Source: Chara braunii
Lineage: Eukaryota; Plantae; Charophyceae
Reading direction: 5' to 3'
NCBI GenBank assembly: GCA_003427395.1
Contig: BFEA01000016.1
Coordinates: 3,352,892-3,404,170, forward strand
DNA: 51,279 bases
The notes under the pieces are model-generated. The model was not told the origin of the DNA. It saw nothing but the letters and a program-made list of their open reading frames with translations, and searched no databases. Below, piece after piece: positions 35,882-47,754 of this stretch. Positions within the stretch are counted from its first letter, which is position 1; every line of letters starts with the position of its first letter. The translations under genes and the position numbers were made by a program.

Positions 35882-37950
35882 TTATACCTTGAGGAGGCGC
35901 CTCGTGTCCACGTGACAACAACGAAATTTCTGGAATAGCTGGGGTTGGTCAAGGACCAAGATCGCCATCCTAATGCATTTATTTTTCAAAAATCCATTTT
36001 CCACCATCACATCAATCATGCTCTTAATGTCCTTAGCCACATACAAAGGGGAGTTGGATAAAAGCATGATCAGCGCCGTTTGGGAAATGATCACATTGAT
36101 CGACTGCTTGATTGGCATATTGGACTCAAATCTCACAAATCTAACAGGCTTGAAAGATAGAGCCAGAGTCTTGTCATGCTTCATTGTCATAACCTGCCCA
36201 TTTGTGTCAGGGATTACTTGGATGATCAAATAAAGAAATTGTGTTGACATGCCATAAATCATCCGATCAAGGCCCATAGTAAAGTCATGAGTTCGGTTTT
36301 TAATCTCGATGATATGCAAGGGGTAGATCCAGAAAGGGTTGTCGCATACCCTGGGTTGCTCAGGATCAAGAAACTGCAGGATTGTAGGGTTGTTAATAAC
36401 ATGCAGATCGTCTATATATCTAAAAGTCATTTTGAACAAGGTTGCAGAGTCAAACGCTGTCAACTCAATCAATCTCATAATGAACTTATACTCGTACTTA
36501 AAGAAATACGCATTGCACCGGATCGGACAGCACGAAAGTCCCATAGGTACTCCCTTCACTTGCTTTCAGATGGAATTCCCAAAAACAGTGAAACACCTTG
36601 CCAGGATCCACTCACACAAGGCAATGATACCCTTGACTTCTAACGAGAAGGAATTCGTCATGCGTGGAGCAAAGGATTTAGCCAGATTGCATCGAAATTT
36701 TTCATTCCTCAGGTAAACACACCTTACACTAGTAAAACCAGCGGCTGTCCTCATCTGCTTAAATGCGAAGTTCACAAATAATTTGATAGCACTGACCAAA
36801 CCATCATCAGTATCATCAATGAGGATGTTCTCAAAACATTTTGCAATGTCGGTAAAGAACACAGAGAAAGCCTGAGATGAGAGATTATAACAGTAATTCT
36901 GGACATAATCAATAACCCACCAATACGTCGTGTCTACTCCATGAAGGCTCTTCGTTACTCCATCCATCTAGCAGTTGTGCTCCATGACCACTTCCTTGAA
37001 GGAGGACAATATAGCATCTACTAGGAGTGCAGGGCACGTAAAAAAAGGAGTCAGACGCATTCGTAAGTCATCTAAAGGTCATCTTATGTTGTTTAAAAAT
37101 TACCATAAGGTAGGGTACCCTCTCAGATTCGAACCTCATCAGTGAGAACAATTTTTCTAAGGATGTCCTAGCCTCGCTCACCACTTGTCTCACCGAGATA
37201 TTCGGGAATTTGAAATCCGGGTTCATAAGTCTCTCAAGGGCAAGGGCACGGATGAGGTGCTTACATACAAAGAAAGGAGTGTTAGTTGCTTTATCAGTCC
37301 CTGCCACATACAGATGTTTCAGTAAAAAATTCACCTCGCTCTTGGTCTGGAACGGGACGCTCCTTGTTGAGCATCTCCTCACCCGCTGATTCAACTCTTC
37401 GTTGAGCAAATCTTTCACGAAGCCAGTCATGTGTTTCACCAATGGTTTCGGGATGAATTCTGAACGTACCAGGATAGCAACGGTGTCATCCCAAGCCCTC
37501 ATGAGTGTCACCATTGCCTGTCCCTTCGTGGGGGTTCTCAGTGGGATGTGGTTCAATCCTTTCTTCAACATATCGGTCAGATCGGGGTTTCCAACAATCA
37601 TTGGATCCAACGTTAATACATGTTTCGAAGCCGACTGGCAGGGTTGCTTCATGATGAGGGTTTCATCATTGAGGAACGACTGGAGAAGTCCCTAATTAAT
37701 GCAAGGGCACAGTAACTCATCAGTCATCCAATCATACCACTCCTCCAGGTTGAACACCTCGAAGACAGATGTAGGTTTATATACATACCGACTGATAGGG
37801 TCATCATACGTCCAACCAAAACCGATAGATAAGAACACAGTCTGAATCTGGACACTTACAAACGAGATATGACAGATTCGAATACTTTTTTGGCATTGAG
37901 ACCTTCAAAAATAATCCCAACATAGTGGATATATACGAATTTTTCACCAC
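35882..37950 (-). pseudogene. PLE2 reverse transcriptase (disrupted)
   Basis: LCPC...HVLTLD...LKKGLNHIP, VAGTDKATN, YLMVIFKQHK, FFTDIAKCFENI, KGVPMG, FRYIDDL, IYP, RFESN. Confidence 0.9.
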
Positions 37951-38051
37951 TCCCCTCCGGAAGCCTTTTCCACTTCATTCTCCCTAAGGGCCCACGAACC
38001 AAGGACCCTCTGCATACCTGCAACATCCGATCAAACAGCAGCTCGCGAACT

Positions 38052-39644
38052 TCAACTGTCGAATATCGCCCTGTTGATATTCAGGTGTTGTCCGACATTT
38101 CCTCGATTGAGTGCCGCCGGTAGGCTGACTCTTCTTCCTCCAACAGAGGTAACTGTTGAGTCGGGTGGGGTACCAACATCACGGGTAGTGGATTGATTGG
38201 GAGGGGTTGTGTTCACAAAACGGTCCATGGTCCCTTGTTTGTCCCCCTTAGGCCGCTTACTACCTGAGGAGGACGCAGCCTCAGTCGTTCTCGACCTCTT
38301 CTTAACGTATTTGCTCATTAAGAGCAGTTTCACGCATTCTTTGAATGCCTTTGGGTCGGCGCCATTGAGCCCGATTAACAATGACTCAGAAGACACCAAG
38401 GGATCTGCGATGATCTTCTTCGTGAGGAGCATCATTACTTCCCTCACACATCCGAACGACAAAGAGGTAAGCATTAGCGGTTTCCAACACATGAACAGAC
38501 ACTTGATCAACGATGATGCCTACGCCATCGGGGTGGGTGCATCTGGGTATAAAATATCCAGATCGTAGAGAAGGAACCAGATCATATGGTCGAACCATGC
38601 AGGGCCAGTCCAACAGTCCGCCTTTCCTTCAGACGTACACCTGCACTTTAGGTACGGTCTCCCCACATTCCAAATCCTTTTCAACTCGGCAAATGCTGAC
38701 GGATTCTGGGGGGGGGTATTCCCTTTGATTAAGACATTCGGGTGAGGGAGAGAACACTTACTCGTATCCATCGAACTCATGGGAGGGAGGAAAGTCTCAT
38801 TCCCTTTGAAAGGAAACCTAACGTCAGGTGTTGTCGTATTAATTTCAAGTGCTCTCTCATGTGCGGATTTCATCTCATCTTTCGTCGGGGATGCTAGCAA
38901 TCTATACCCTGTATGATCTATCGGGGCAAGGTAATTGAAAATCTTGAGGGACCAGATTTTGCCTGAGAATGTAGTTGACATCGTTTCAACCCATCTGGGT
39001 GAGGCAAGAGGAAGAAATGTGTTTCTACGCATATCCAGGTATGTTTTCTTCTTCGATGAATCAAGGGAAGCCCTTGTCCTCACCACCTCAACATCCTTCA
39101 TCGTCATGTACTCCTCCTCCATGGTCATCTCATCCTCATCATCTTCCATCGCTACCTCATCCGCTATCACCACCTTACGCACCTCTTTTTCTCTGTGAAA
39201 CTGTGAATCAGCAGACCAGAGTTTGACAAACCTAACTTCCACATCAATCGTAGTACCACTTATCGTTCTATCCTCACACACCACTGCCTCACTCACAGCG
39301 ATCGTTGATCTCGTCATCCTGTTCAAAGTGTCTACGAATTCATTCCTCATGTGACGGTATAGATAAATCAATTTGGCCCAATCGTTGAATGACAAGTGAT
39401 CAATCAGGGGGAGGGTGTGAATTTCGGGCGAGATGGATATTTTCCTGAGTTCCGCTATAACCTGCTTCTGAGCATAGGCTACCAGTGTTTGGGTGGGGCG
39501 GGATGGGGGACGAAATCGGGCAAGCCAGGCCTTGTCTCCAGTAACAAGATCCGCAATCCATAGCACTTGAGGGGCAACAAAGTCCTGGAAACAGTGAACC
39601 AAAGCACTATCATGAGCATCACACCCATACACGACAGTACCCAT
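38052..39644 (-). CDS. PLE2 upstream ORF, ~530 codons with one in-frame stop, unknown function
   Basis: ORFs 38520..39644 and 38052..38510 share a frame, separated by one TAG; acidic patch and CRC..C..WFDH cluster. Confidence 0.6.
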
Positions 39645-39785
39645 GAGAATAACTCAATAAAAGCAAATCAGGAGATAAACCACAACCTGCGGTATATTGT
39701 ATCCCAATTGTGGGTCACGAGCAAGAGGTCGTGGGTATCAGCTACGAGAAGAAAGTTCCACCGAGGGTACCAACCCCCGAGAGGA

Positions 39786-41428
39786 CATGTGTGTGTGATA
39801 ATGTGTGTGAACACATATTGCGGACGCTTCAACACATAACAAATACATGCTCCATCCCACCGTCACACCACGGGATACACCCCATTGGGACCCTGATAAA
39901 TTTCATTCGTTTCAGAAATTCCATCACGCATGTAAAGGAAGAAGGTGCGAAAGAAGGATCCAGTGACAACGAACACAAGGGCTTAAAGGAGTAGGGAGCA
40001 TTATTACCAAAAAACAATCCTACTGTTCATTCCACCATAGAAAATGTGTATGCTACAAATACATATAAAGCAGAGTTTAAGATCACACGGTAGGCGCAAC
40101 GTCAAAAGATTCAAATAAATCCCAACACAGCTAAAGGAATTTTCTTCAATTAAACCATCAATCGACATACACCCCTGGAAATCTTTCGGACCAGGGGATC
40201 CTCCCAGACAAGTTGCTAGGATTTGAATGCGTTTGTCAACCTGCAGAATGCTATTTCCCTATGATAATACCCGGGGAAAAAAAAAACAAGAGCAATATTA
40301 TTCATAATTATCACGAGACAAACTCATTCACAACTCCAAATACTCCCTCGATCTGAAACTCTGATTGATTTCAGGAATAGAACATTACTCATTAGTCCAG
40401 GTTCTACCAGAAGAATAGGAGTAACACATAACAAATGGACCGGCTTACTTTCGAATTTATGCTTCCACGCACTCAATCTGCAAACAGTGATATCACTCAC
40501 GTTCCTGTTTAGTTTCTCATNCCACCAAGAGGGCTAAAAAAAATCCAATCACAACCCTNCTACGTATGTCGTCCAGGTATCGTCACATCTCGNCTNTCTT
40601 CAACAAGTAACGTTCAAAGAATATAAACCCCCCACCAGAACAAACATTCACCCCCGCTCTACCATGCTAGATCGTCGCATCTCATTATGACATCAATATC
40701 ATCGTCGCACCATCAACCCACAACAAATTAGCACGTCACCAGTAATCCTCACGACATGCCTCAACTATACAACCCCTTGCTCTCCCCGTGCCATTCTACA
40801 CCAGGTCTCCTACATAGTCATCGTCACCCCATCCTCTGCCGATCTGCCTCGTATGTCAATTCATTTCCCATCGATACCCAGCATATCGCTCACACGCGAA
40901 ACATCATCTTCAAGACCACTCATGGCTGCTCAGTAGGACTCCGCAACATGTATCAACGAACATTGCCTACCAAAGCACAAAAAACAAACCCCTCAGGCGA
41001 GCGCACCGGATAAGAACCGAGGAGAAAGACATTTGATAGATGGAAGAACCCCACATTCCCCCAATCATATCGCAAGCAAACACTACCCTTCGCAACCAGG
41101 GTTTCGGCAGAACAAGAAGCGCAACACCAAACAGCCGTAAGTGCATTCCACAACCACATTTATTGTTTTCTACTCGGTATCTCCAAACAAAGGTTCTTAG
41201 AGTAAGTGTCACTCACCATTTTACCACACTACGGGTAGGTGAGAATCCTANACGTCACATTAGGCTAGGGTGGTGGCAAACATTCTAAAACATGCTTTTC
41301 GCCAGTCTTGCCACTGGCATAGCTCATCAGAGGAACAATATAAGAGCACATAACATAACGTTAGGAAAACATGCGTGAGAACCATTACCACAACCCTTGG
41401 GTACGTGAGGGGAGTGGGTGGGGGGTGG
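39786..41428 (-). mobile_element. Repeat R copy 3 (truncated at the Gypsy remnant)
   Basis: Colinear with copies 1 and 2. Confidence 0.85.
41283..41334 (-). ncRNA. Hammerhead-like motif with intact core
   Basis: Same sequence as 3108-3159. Confidence 0.5.
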
Positions 41429-41923
41429 ACCCTCCTCCAGTTCCGTACAGGTGGACCAAAGAAGATGCGGTTCCAGGGTACGAGCGAGTGTGGTTGTCCC
41501 TGGTCTCTCGTCACAATACGAGAGGATCTCCAACGGCAGGTCGTCGAGTACTTGGGTTAGAAGCACCAGCAACTCGTCCGTAATGGAACTCTTGTGACCG
41601 TTGCGCACTTCTCCAAACACGATCCCCAAAAAATCTCCCTCCGTGTCTGTTCTCCACCCTTGGATGAGCAGCAATTCCACCTCGTCGTTCGGGATCTTAT
41701 CCTCCACTCTTCTGTCCGCGGGCTCCGCCCAATGGAAGGTGACCCCGAGGAGGCAGAAACTGAGCGCCACGTAAGTTTGCCACCAGTGCGTCCACTTAAC
41801 CACGTATAGAATTGACACATCCAATGGCTTGATCGTGAAGGGGAGGGACGCTTCCGCGGCGGATTGCCAAAACGTGGGGACGTCAGAGGGAAGACTGAAG
41901 GTAGAGAGGCGATGGCAGTTCAT
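41429..41923 (-). CDS. Extra ORF downstream of integrase, unknown function
   Basis: ~165 open codons of globular-looking sequence (QGWRTDTEGDFLGIVFG...LEPHLLWSTCTEL); the rest of ORF 41327..41923 is read-through into repeat R. Confidence 0.55.
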
Positions 41924-42559
41924 TGAGGCCGAGTGAAGGGACGAAGCACACGAAGGGTAACCTCTGGCGCGGTGGAGGAGACCCTAAGCTAGAGATCGAT
42001 GTCGTTCGTGTTTACGACACAATCGAGCGGTCGGGCCAATAGTCGTACCCACTCGGTCGTGATGCATGCTGCCCAGTCCCGCAGTTGTCGGAGGACGGCG
42101 GTGTGTCGTGATGGGTGCAGTGTTGTGATGTCGCCTGTGAAGACGACAACCACTGACACGTGGCTCTCGCCGGGTGGCGACAAGCGCAAGAAGGCTGACA
42201 CCTCGGCCAACACTCAGGCCATCCCAGACTAGCCGAACTGGAACTCTGTCGCCTCGTGGATGGCCGCTGTACTGATGAAGGCCGTGAATCGGAGAAGATT
42301 TGGACTCAACCGAGGATGCCGTACTTGTCGGATCGCTGAGAAGGCTCCCCCAGGTACCATTAGTCGCTCGCTGATCACTTGATCCGTCGAAAAGCTCATG
42401 GCGATGGAGGCGGGGTCTAAAACGATGGTTGAGAGAGAAAGGAGGATTCTAGAGAGTCGTCGTCCTCGTTTTGACCGAGGGACAATGCAGACGAAGGAGG
42501 AGAAGGGGAAGAAGGGAGAGGACAAAGGTAGGACACGTGTCGAATGATGGGACTAGCCG

Positions 42560-43590
42560 ATCGACTTCCCGACACCTCCGGCGCAAACCGTACCGTGTTC
42601 ACCCCGCTTGGACCTAGCTCTACCACGCGAAATCGCTCGAAGAATCGTGGCGCCAGCTTGCCCTGGCGAGCACATTTCCTCACCTACACCATGTCCCCTA
42701 ATTTATACTGGGGCCGAGGCCCAGCATTCCCATTTCGGGCCTCATAACTCCGAACTTGTCTACCGTGGGCCATTTCCGTCATCCGCTGTCTTTTTCGGGT
42801 CAGTCGGGGGAGGACCTTTTCCATTAATTCCAAGTGGCGTTGGGCCTTATCCTTAATTGTCGCCCTAGTGGTCCGTCGTGGGAGGGTCGTCTCATCATTT
42901 AGGCTTGGTAGGGCTACACAGGGTAGGCTATTGGTCCGTAGTTGGAAGGGGATCAGACCCGTGGACTCGTGGGGTATCCCCCGGTGGATAGCCAAGATAT
43001 GGTCCACGATATCGGGCCAAGGCCTCGTGTCATTGGCTGCGATATTGCGTCGCAGGGCGGTCTTAATCACCCGATTGGCGTTCTCCACCAGTCCGTTGGA
43101 TTGCGACATGTGGGGAGCAGTATTGCGAATGGAGACACCATGTAAGACCAAATTCCTCAAAACTTCCCCTCTAAATTCTACCCCATTATCCGTCAAGATT
43201 TCCTCGGTATCCTGGTGCATCCCGAGAAAACGGTTGATGTATCGCGCAATTTCGGTCGCCTGTCACGTCTTACACAGATAGGTCTCGATCCATTTCGATA
43301 ACTGGTTTACAAAAACCAGTAGAATTGAATACTCGCATCTATTAGGTCCAAGGGGAACGACAATATCTGTGGTGTCCATACTAACCCTCTGGAATGGCCG
43401 TTCAACTACAGTAGGCACTATCGACCTAGGCAGATGAATCGGCGTTTTGTCAGTCGCGCAGACCTGACAATTTCGGACGATGAACTTGACGTCATCGAGA
43501 ATGGTGGACCAATACCATTCGTTTTTATCAATCGTTGCCTCTGTGATTCAAACAACGAAGTGAGCCGCAGTTTCCTCGTGGGCTGTCTTA
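42560..43590 (-). pseudogene. Gypsy integrase (HHCC, DDE core, GPY/F-like tail)
   Basis: AHEETAAHF...WYW...NCQVC; PFQRVSMD; ILTDNGVEF; SQSNGLVENANR; GKLAPRFFERFRV. Confidence 0.9.
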
Positions 43591-43871
43591 ACCCAGTCGT
43601 ACTTCACGAATGGATATGGAACAGACATCCAAATCCCGCTTCCGTCTGTTTTTCATTTTTCTAACCGTCCCTCCTTCCATTGGTAATCCCGAGCCCTCTC
43701 GTTGGCCTGTCTCCGGTCTTCCTTGGTGAAGTCTCGGAGAGGGTTTCCAACCACCGTAGCTATCAGGACGATATTTGTCCATACTGCAGCCCTTCTAAAT
43801 TGTCGGGTCTTTTCTAGTCCTTCCGGCGTGGCTTCGAGAAATCGAGCCTCCGTCGGGATTTTGTCGGTGTG

Positions 43872-44005
43872 ACACAGAGGACACAGCCAGGTTTGTCCGC
43901 ATTCCGATACTGGATACAGGAGCCATGGGCTCGTGAAACACATCGCTGACAGTCTACCCATTCGACATATCCTTCCCCACTTGGTTGCATAGGGACTGAA
44001 TAGAT
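43872..44005 (-). pseudogene. Frameshifted PHD finger upstream of integrase
   Basis: EWVDCQRCVSRAHGSC (ORF 43814..44128) plus TWLCPLC (ORF 43653..44024) give the last six ligands of C4HC3 with both conserved W; first CxxC decayed. Confidence 0.7.
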
Positions 44006-44124
44006 TCTCGAAATGACCTTGCAAAAATAGGAAAACTTGTCAGGGAGGGAGGGGAAAGAGGAGGACGAGAGAGGAGAAAGGGGACCTTCGGGATTACCTC
44101 CGCGCCCCATTGCCATCATGACGA

Positions 44125-45650
44125 TCACCCCTTAGGAGCTCGAGGAAGGATGGCCACTTGTCTGTATGATCCCTCGTTGGTCGGTTCCGGTTCCTTCCAC
44201 CGGGTAATCTCCTCCCCTTTAGTCACCTTGTCGGGTCGATGCAGACGTGTCAAGCCGTCAACGTTCCTGTGCTTCTCCGTCTTCCGGTGAACGATATCAA
44301 AGTCGTACTCTTGTAACCATACCGCCCAGCATCCAATCATGCCCGTGTAATTGGTGAGCCTCTTGAGGGCTATCAAGGGCTCATGATATGTGACGAGGAG
44401 GAACTTCTGCCCGTAAAGATACGGATGAAAATGTTGAATTCCCCAAACCACTGCGTAACACTCTTCCCAAGGGGTTGAATCGTTTCTTCGTTCGTCAAGC
44501 ACTGTCCGCTAAGCGTATTCAATGACGTGTTCATGGCTGTCTCTCCCCTTCTGGGGTAGAATTGCAGAAATGGCTTTAGACTGCCAATCAGTAATGAGTA
44601 TGTACTGCTTTTGCGGGTCCGGGCGAATCAAAATAGGCGTCGTAACCAGAGCTTCCTTCAGAGTGACAAAGGTCCGCTCGCACTCAACGTCCCACCGTAG
44701 GGGCAGATCCTTACGCAGAAGGTTCGTAAGAGGTCGCGCGATCGCTGCGAAACCCTTGATAAATCTTCGATAGTATGACGTCAGTCCCCAAAAGGCCCGA
44801 ACTTGTATTAGTGACGTAGGCGTGGGAGCCTCTTGGACCGTCGCGACCTTTCTCGAATCTGGCCTCAATCCGCCTCGCGTCACTACGTAGCCCAAGAACG
44901 AGATTTCTGAGAGGAAGAACTCGCTCTTTTCCAGTGCAATTTTGAACCCAACGTCCCGTTGCGCTCCCATCGTCCATTCAATATGTTGAGCATGCCCGTG
45001 AAAAGAATCCGAGTAGACCAGAATATCATCCATGTACACAATAACGCAGAAATTGATCATACCCTACGTCAGTCGAGTCTTGTTAACGAAATTCTGAAAG
45101 GTCACGTTCATCGCCCTTTGGAACGTGGCTGGTGCATTGCAGATTTCCCATCGGACAACGAATCCACCACCACGTGCCCTCGAATAATACGAAGGTCGTC
45201 TTTGGTCGATCCTCCTCTCTAACCAAGATGTGATGAAATATGTGGCGAATATCAAACTTACTAAAATAATTCGCACACCCAATCACATCCAACAAATCAT
45301 CAATTCGGGGAAGGGGGTACACATCCTTGATCGTGATATCGTTCAATTTTCGGTAATCAATGCAAATACGAATTGACCCGGTCTTCTTTGGGACTAAGAC
45401 CACGGGAAATGACCAAGTTCCGGTTGCTGGTTCGACCCATTCTTTAACCTCAAACTTCGGGATCCTTTGTAGCACAGTTTTTCTTCCTGCGAGAGAATAT
45501 CGGTATGGCTTACAGTGGATCGGGGGATGCGTTCCGGTCTGAATCTCGTGTTGAATGACGAAAGATAATCCAATATCTGTATCCGTTACGCTAATTGCCT
45601 CTTGATATTCAGTCAGGATATCCGCAATTAGTCGGTGGATTTCGTTAGGT
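44125..45650 (-). pseudogene. Gypsy reverse transcriptase and RNase H
   Basis: RICIDYRKLN, YPLPRIDDLLD, NAPATFQRAMN, VYMDDILV, YYRRFIKGF, ILITDW, ECYAVVWG, WLQEYDFDIVHR. Confidence 0.95.
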
Positions 45651-45758
45651 ACATACTGAGGCACATGCAGTTCGTATGGTTTTCCATGTATGGTAACCGC
45701 CACGTGTTTTGTGTCCACTCTGTGGTCATTCTTAGTAGGGGGAGAAAAAATGAAGGAT

Positions 45759-47069
45759 TTATCCGACCACCAGGCTAACACGGTGGCAACCATCTGAGCG
45801 TTTTCTTCCCGGATAGCCACCTTCCGGGGTCACACCGTCGCTAATGTCTTGCCAGGAAACCGACTTTTCGGCGATTTTGACCCCAAGCTCGTAAAGCGTA
45901 GAGTCGTCACGCCCAGGGGGTTCCAAAGTTTCGCTTTCGGCACCTAAGCGTAATAATCGCACCTCCTTATCGGGTGACAATAAGGAACGAGGCAGCCTTG
46001 AGATGTCGCAAAACGCCTTCTTCTCTCGGTATCTCAAGAGAAGCGGGGTCGTGGCTTGGTACAGGGTTCGAGGGGGTTTCAAAGAGTCAATCATCCGGGA
46101 TACTTGTACGAGGGGTTCCCCAAAGATCAAAACCCGTGTCCTTTGCAGGTTTCTTTCCGTAAGGACGAACGTTTTAGAAGTCTTCTGTTGGATTGAATAG
46201 TGAATCAGTTGTTGGATTGTATCGGGATCGACTTCATTTCCGCTATCGGACTCGCTGGGGGAACTACGTTCCTCATCCTCATACTCGAGTTTCCGAGTTG
46301 GTTGCCCCCAGATGATTACTCGGAGAGCGACTCCGGAAGTCTGAGGAATTTTCTTAGTCGGGGGCATCATGGTCCGCAAAGTTAGGCGGATTGGAATAAC
46401 ATATGGTTTCGCGCTTGTACTTCGCAGGATTACCGATCGCCGTTCGACGTCCAAATTGGCCAGCAGTGCGACGAGCGCCGGTAATCCCAGAAGCACATCA
46501 TAGGTATTAACATCCAATACTACCACATCTCCTAAAGCATGAATCTTTCCCAACCGAAAAACGACATTCGTCATTCGACCTACTGCTTTTATCTTTTCTT
46601 CATCCGCCGAGACGAGATGGTCTTTCTCGGTTAACGTGATCAGATCCCTCTGTCGCCTTGGCTTCTCCACAACCCTCAGTGATATGGCCAAAACAACTGC
46701 TCCTGAGTCGATGACAGCATTGTATGGGGCTCCCCATACTTCGATGTCACATTCCGCGGATTTCCACGGAATGGCTTTAATGCGTAAGAAATTATCATTT
46801 TTTTTAACTAGTCCCAACCGTATTGGGTCTGATGTGCTGGGCTTTTCGAGCTTGTCATCGGGAGCTGGGGTCTTCCCTTTCGTCATTGTCAGTTTGCTAA
46901 GAGCGAACCGTTTTCTGTTTGCCTTGCAATGTTGCAACATGTGTTTATTAGCCTGTTCGGATATAGACAGCAAAGGACCAATTGGTAATGGAATCCGGTG
47001 GTCTAAGGCCCGAACAATGTTCAAAATGCCGATTTCCCCTGTTACAAAGGAAGGACCGCCCGACTCCAT
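45759..47069 (-). CDS. Gypsy polyprotein segment with aspartic protease
   Basis: AVIDSGA active site and YDVLLG motif. Confidence 0.85.
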   Translation of the reverse strand: MESGGPSFVTGEIGILNIVRALDHRIPLPIGPLLSISEQANKHMLQHCKANRKRFALSKLTMTKGKTPAPDDKLEKPSTSDPIRLGLVKKNDNFLRIKAIPWKSAECDIEVWGAPYNAVIDSGAVVLAISLRVVEKPRRQRDLITLTEKDHLVSADEEKIKAVGRMTNVVFRLGKIHALGDVVVLDVNTYDVLLGLPALVALLANLDVERRSVILRSTSAKPYVIPIRLTLRTMMPPTKKIPQTSGVALRVIIWGQPTRKLEYEDEERSSPSESDSGNEVDPDTIQQLIHYSIQQKTSKTFVLTERNLQRTRVLIFGEPLVQVSRMIDSLKPPRTLYQATTPLLLRYREKKAFCDISRLPRSLLSPDKEVRLLRLGAESETLEPPGRDDSTLYELGVKIAEKSVSWQDISDGVTPEGGYPGRKRSDGCHRVSLVVG

Positions 47070-47168
47070 TTCATTTGGGGAAGGTCTCTATTCGGCCACT
47101 TCCTTCCACTCATCCGCCGGTCGAATGGTTCCGATCATCCCTAACCATGGATATCCTAAGGCGATATA

Positions 47169-47558
47169 TTAATCGAGCGGGATAAGTTTCGTTGCTTCTT
47201 CGGTAGTAGCTATCGTGCTTCCCCCGCCTTCTATTTCTTCGAGCATTGTTCCTTCCGTTCCTGGACCGTTGGCTACTGGCGCAGCGGCCACAGGAGCAAC
47301 CCCAACTCGAGCTTGCACAGGCCGATGTGGGCAGTCCCGAGCGATATGACCCGGCTGATGACACGTATAGCACACACTCAGATTGGCTGCCATCCCTCCC
47401 ACTAGTGGAGCGGGAGCGGTACCTTGTGCCACAGGGGCAGCCCTAACAACAATGGGGCGCATCGATCGCATCAAGGATTTCATCCGAGCGTTGAACTCTT
47501 GTTGTTTCTTCTTGCTTTCTTGTATTAGACTGATCAAAGTCCGGGCTAGTTCTAGCAT
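47169..47558 (-). CDS. Gag C-terminal fragment with CCHC zinc knuckle
   Basis: CYTCHQPGHIARDC (Cx2Cx4Hx4C). Confidence 0.85.
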   Translation of the reverse strand: MLELARTLISLIQESKKKQQEFNARMKSLMRSMRPIVVRAAPVAQGTAPAPLVGGMAANLSVCYTCHQPGHIARDCPHRPVQARVGVAPVAAAPVANGPGTEGTMLEEIEGGGSTIATTEEATKLIPLD

Positions 47559-47754
47559 TGTGTTTGGCTAACCGCCCCTGCTCGTTGTATCGGGAGGGGG
47601 TGCACGAACGGGTACGACAGGTACAGGAGCGCCATCACAGGCATTGGCAAGCCCGTGGCTGCATCTGCCCCGGGCTTCTTGCTTACCATGTGTTCCAAAT
47701 AGGTAACGGGACCAGAGACAAAACCCATGTTTTCGAATTTATTTTGAAGCGCGG

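Larger units (their letters stand above)
35693..39785 (-). mobile_element. PLE2: Penelope-like element with CxC-RT module, no recognisable GIY-YIG
   Basis: RT motifs listed below; 3' end abuts (CA)n in the sense direction; 5' limit taken at repeat R copy 3. Confidence 0.8.
41429..47754 (-). mobile_element. Ty3/Gypsy LTR-retrotransposon internal region, decayed, LTRs not seen
   Basis: Order gag-PR-RT-RNase H-IN on the minus strand. Confidence 0.92.

Noticed and set aside
37915-37942. FVYIHYVG as the GIY-YIG of PLE2
   Set aside because: Only two residues between the boxes, no downstream R/E/N pattern; position fits the linker before CxC.
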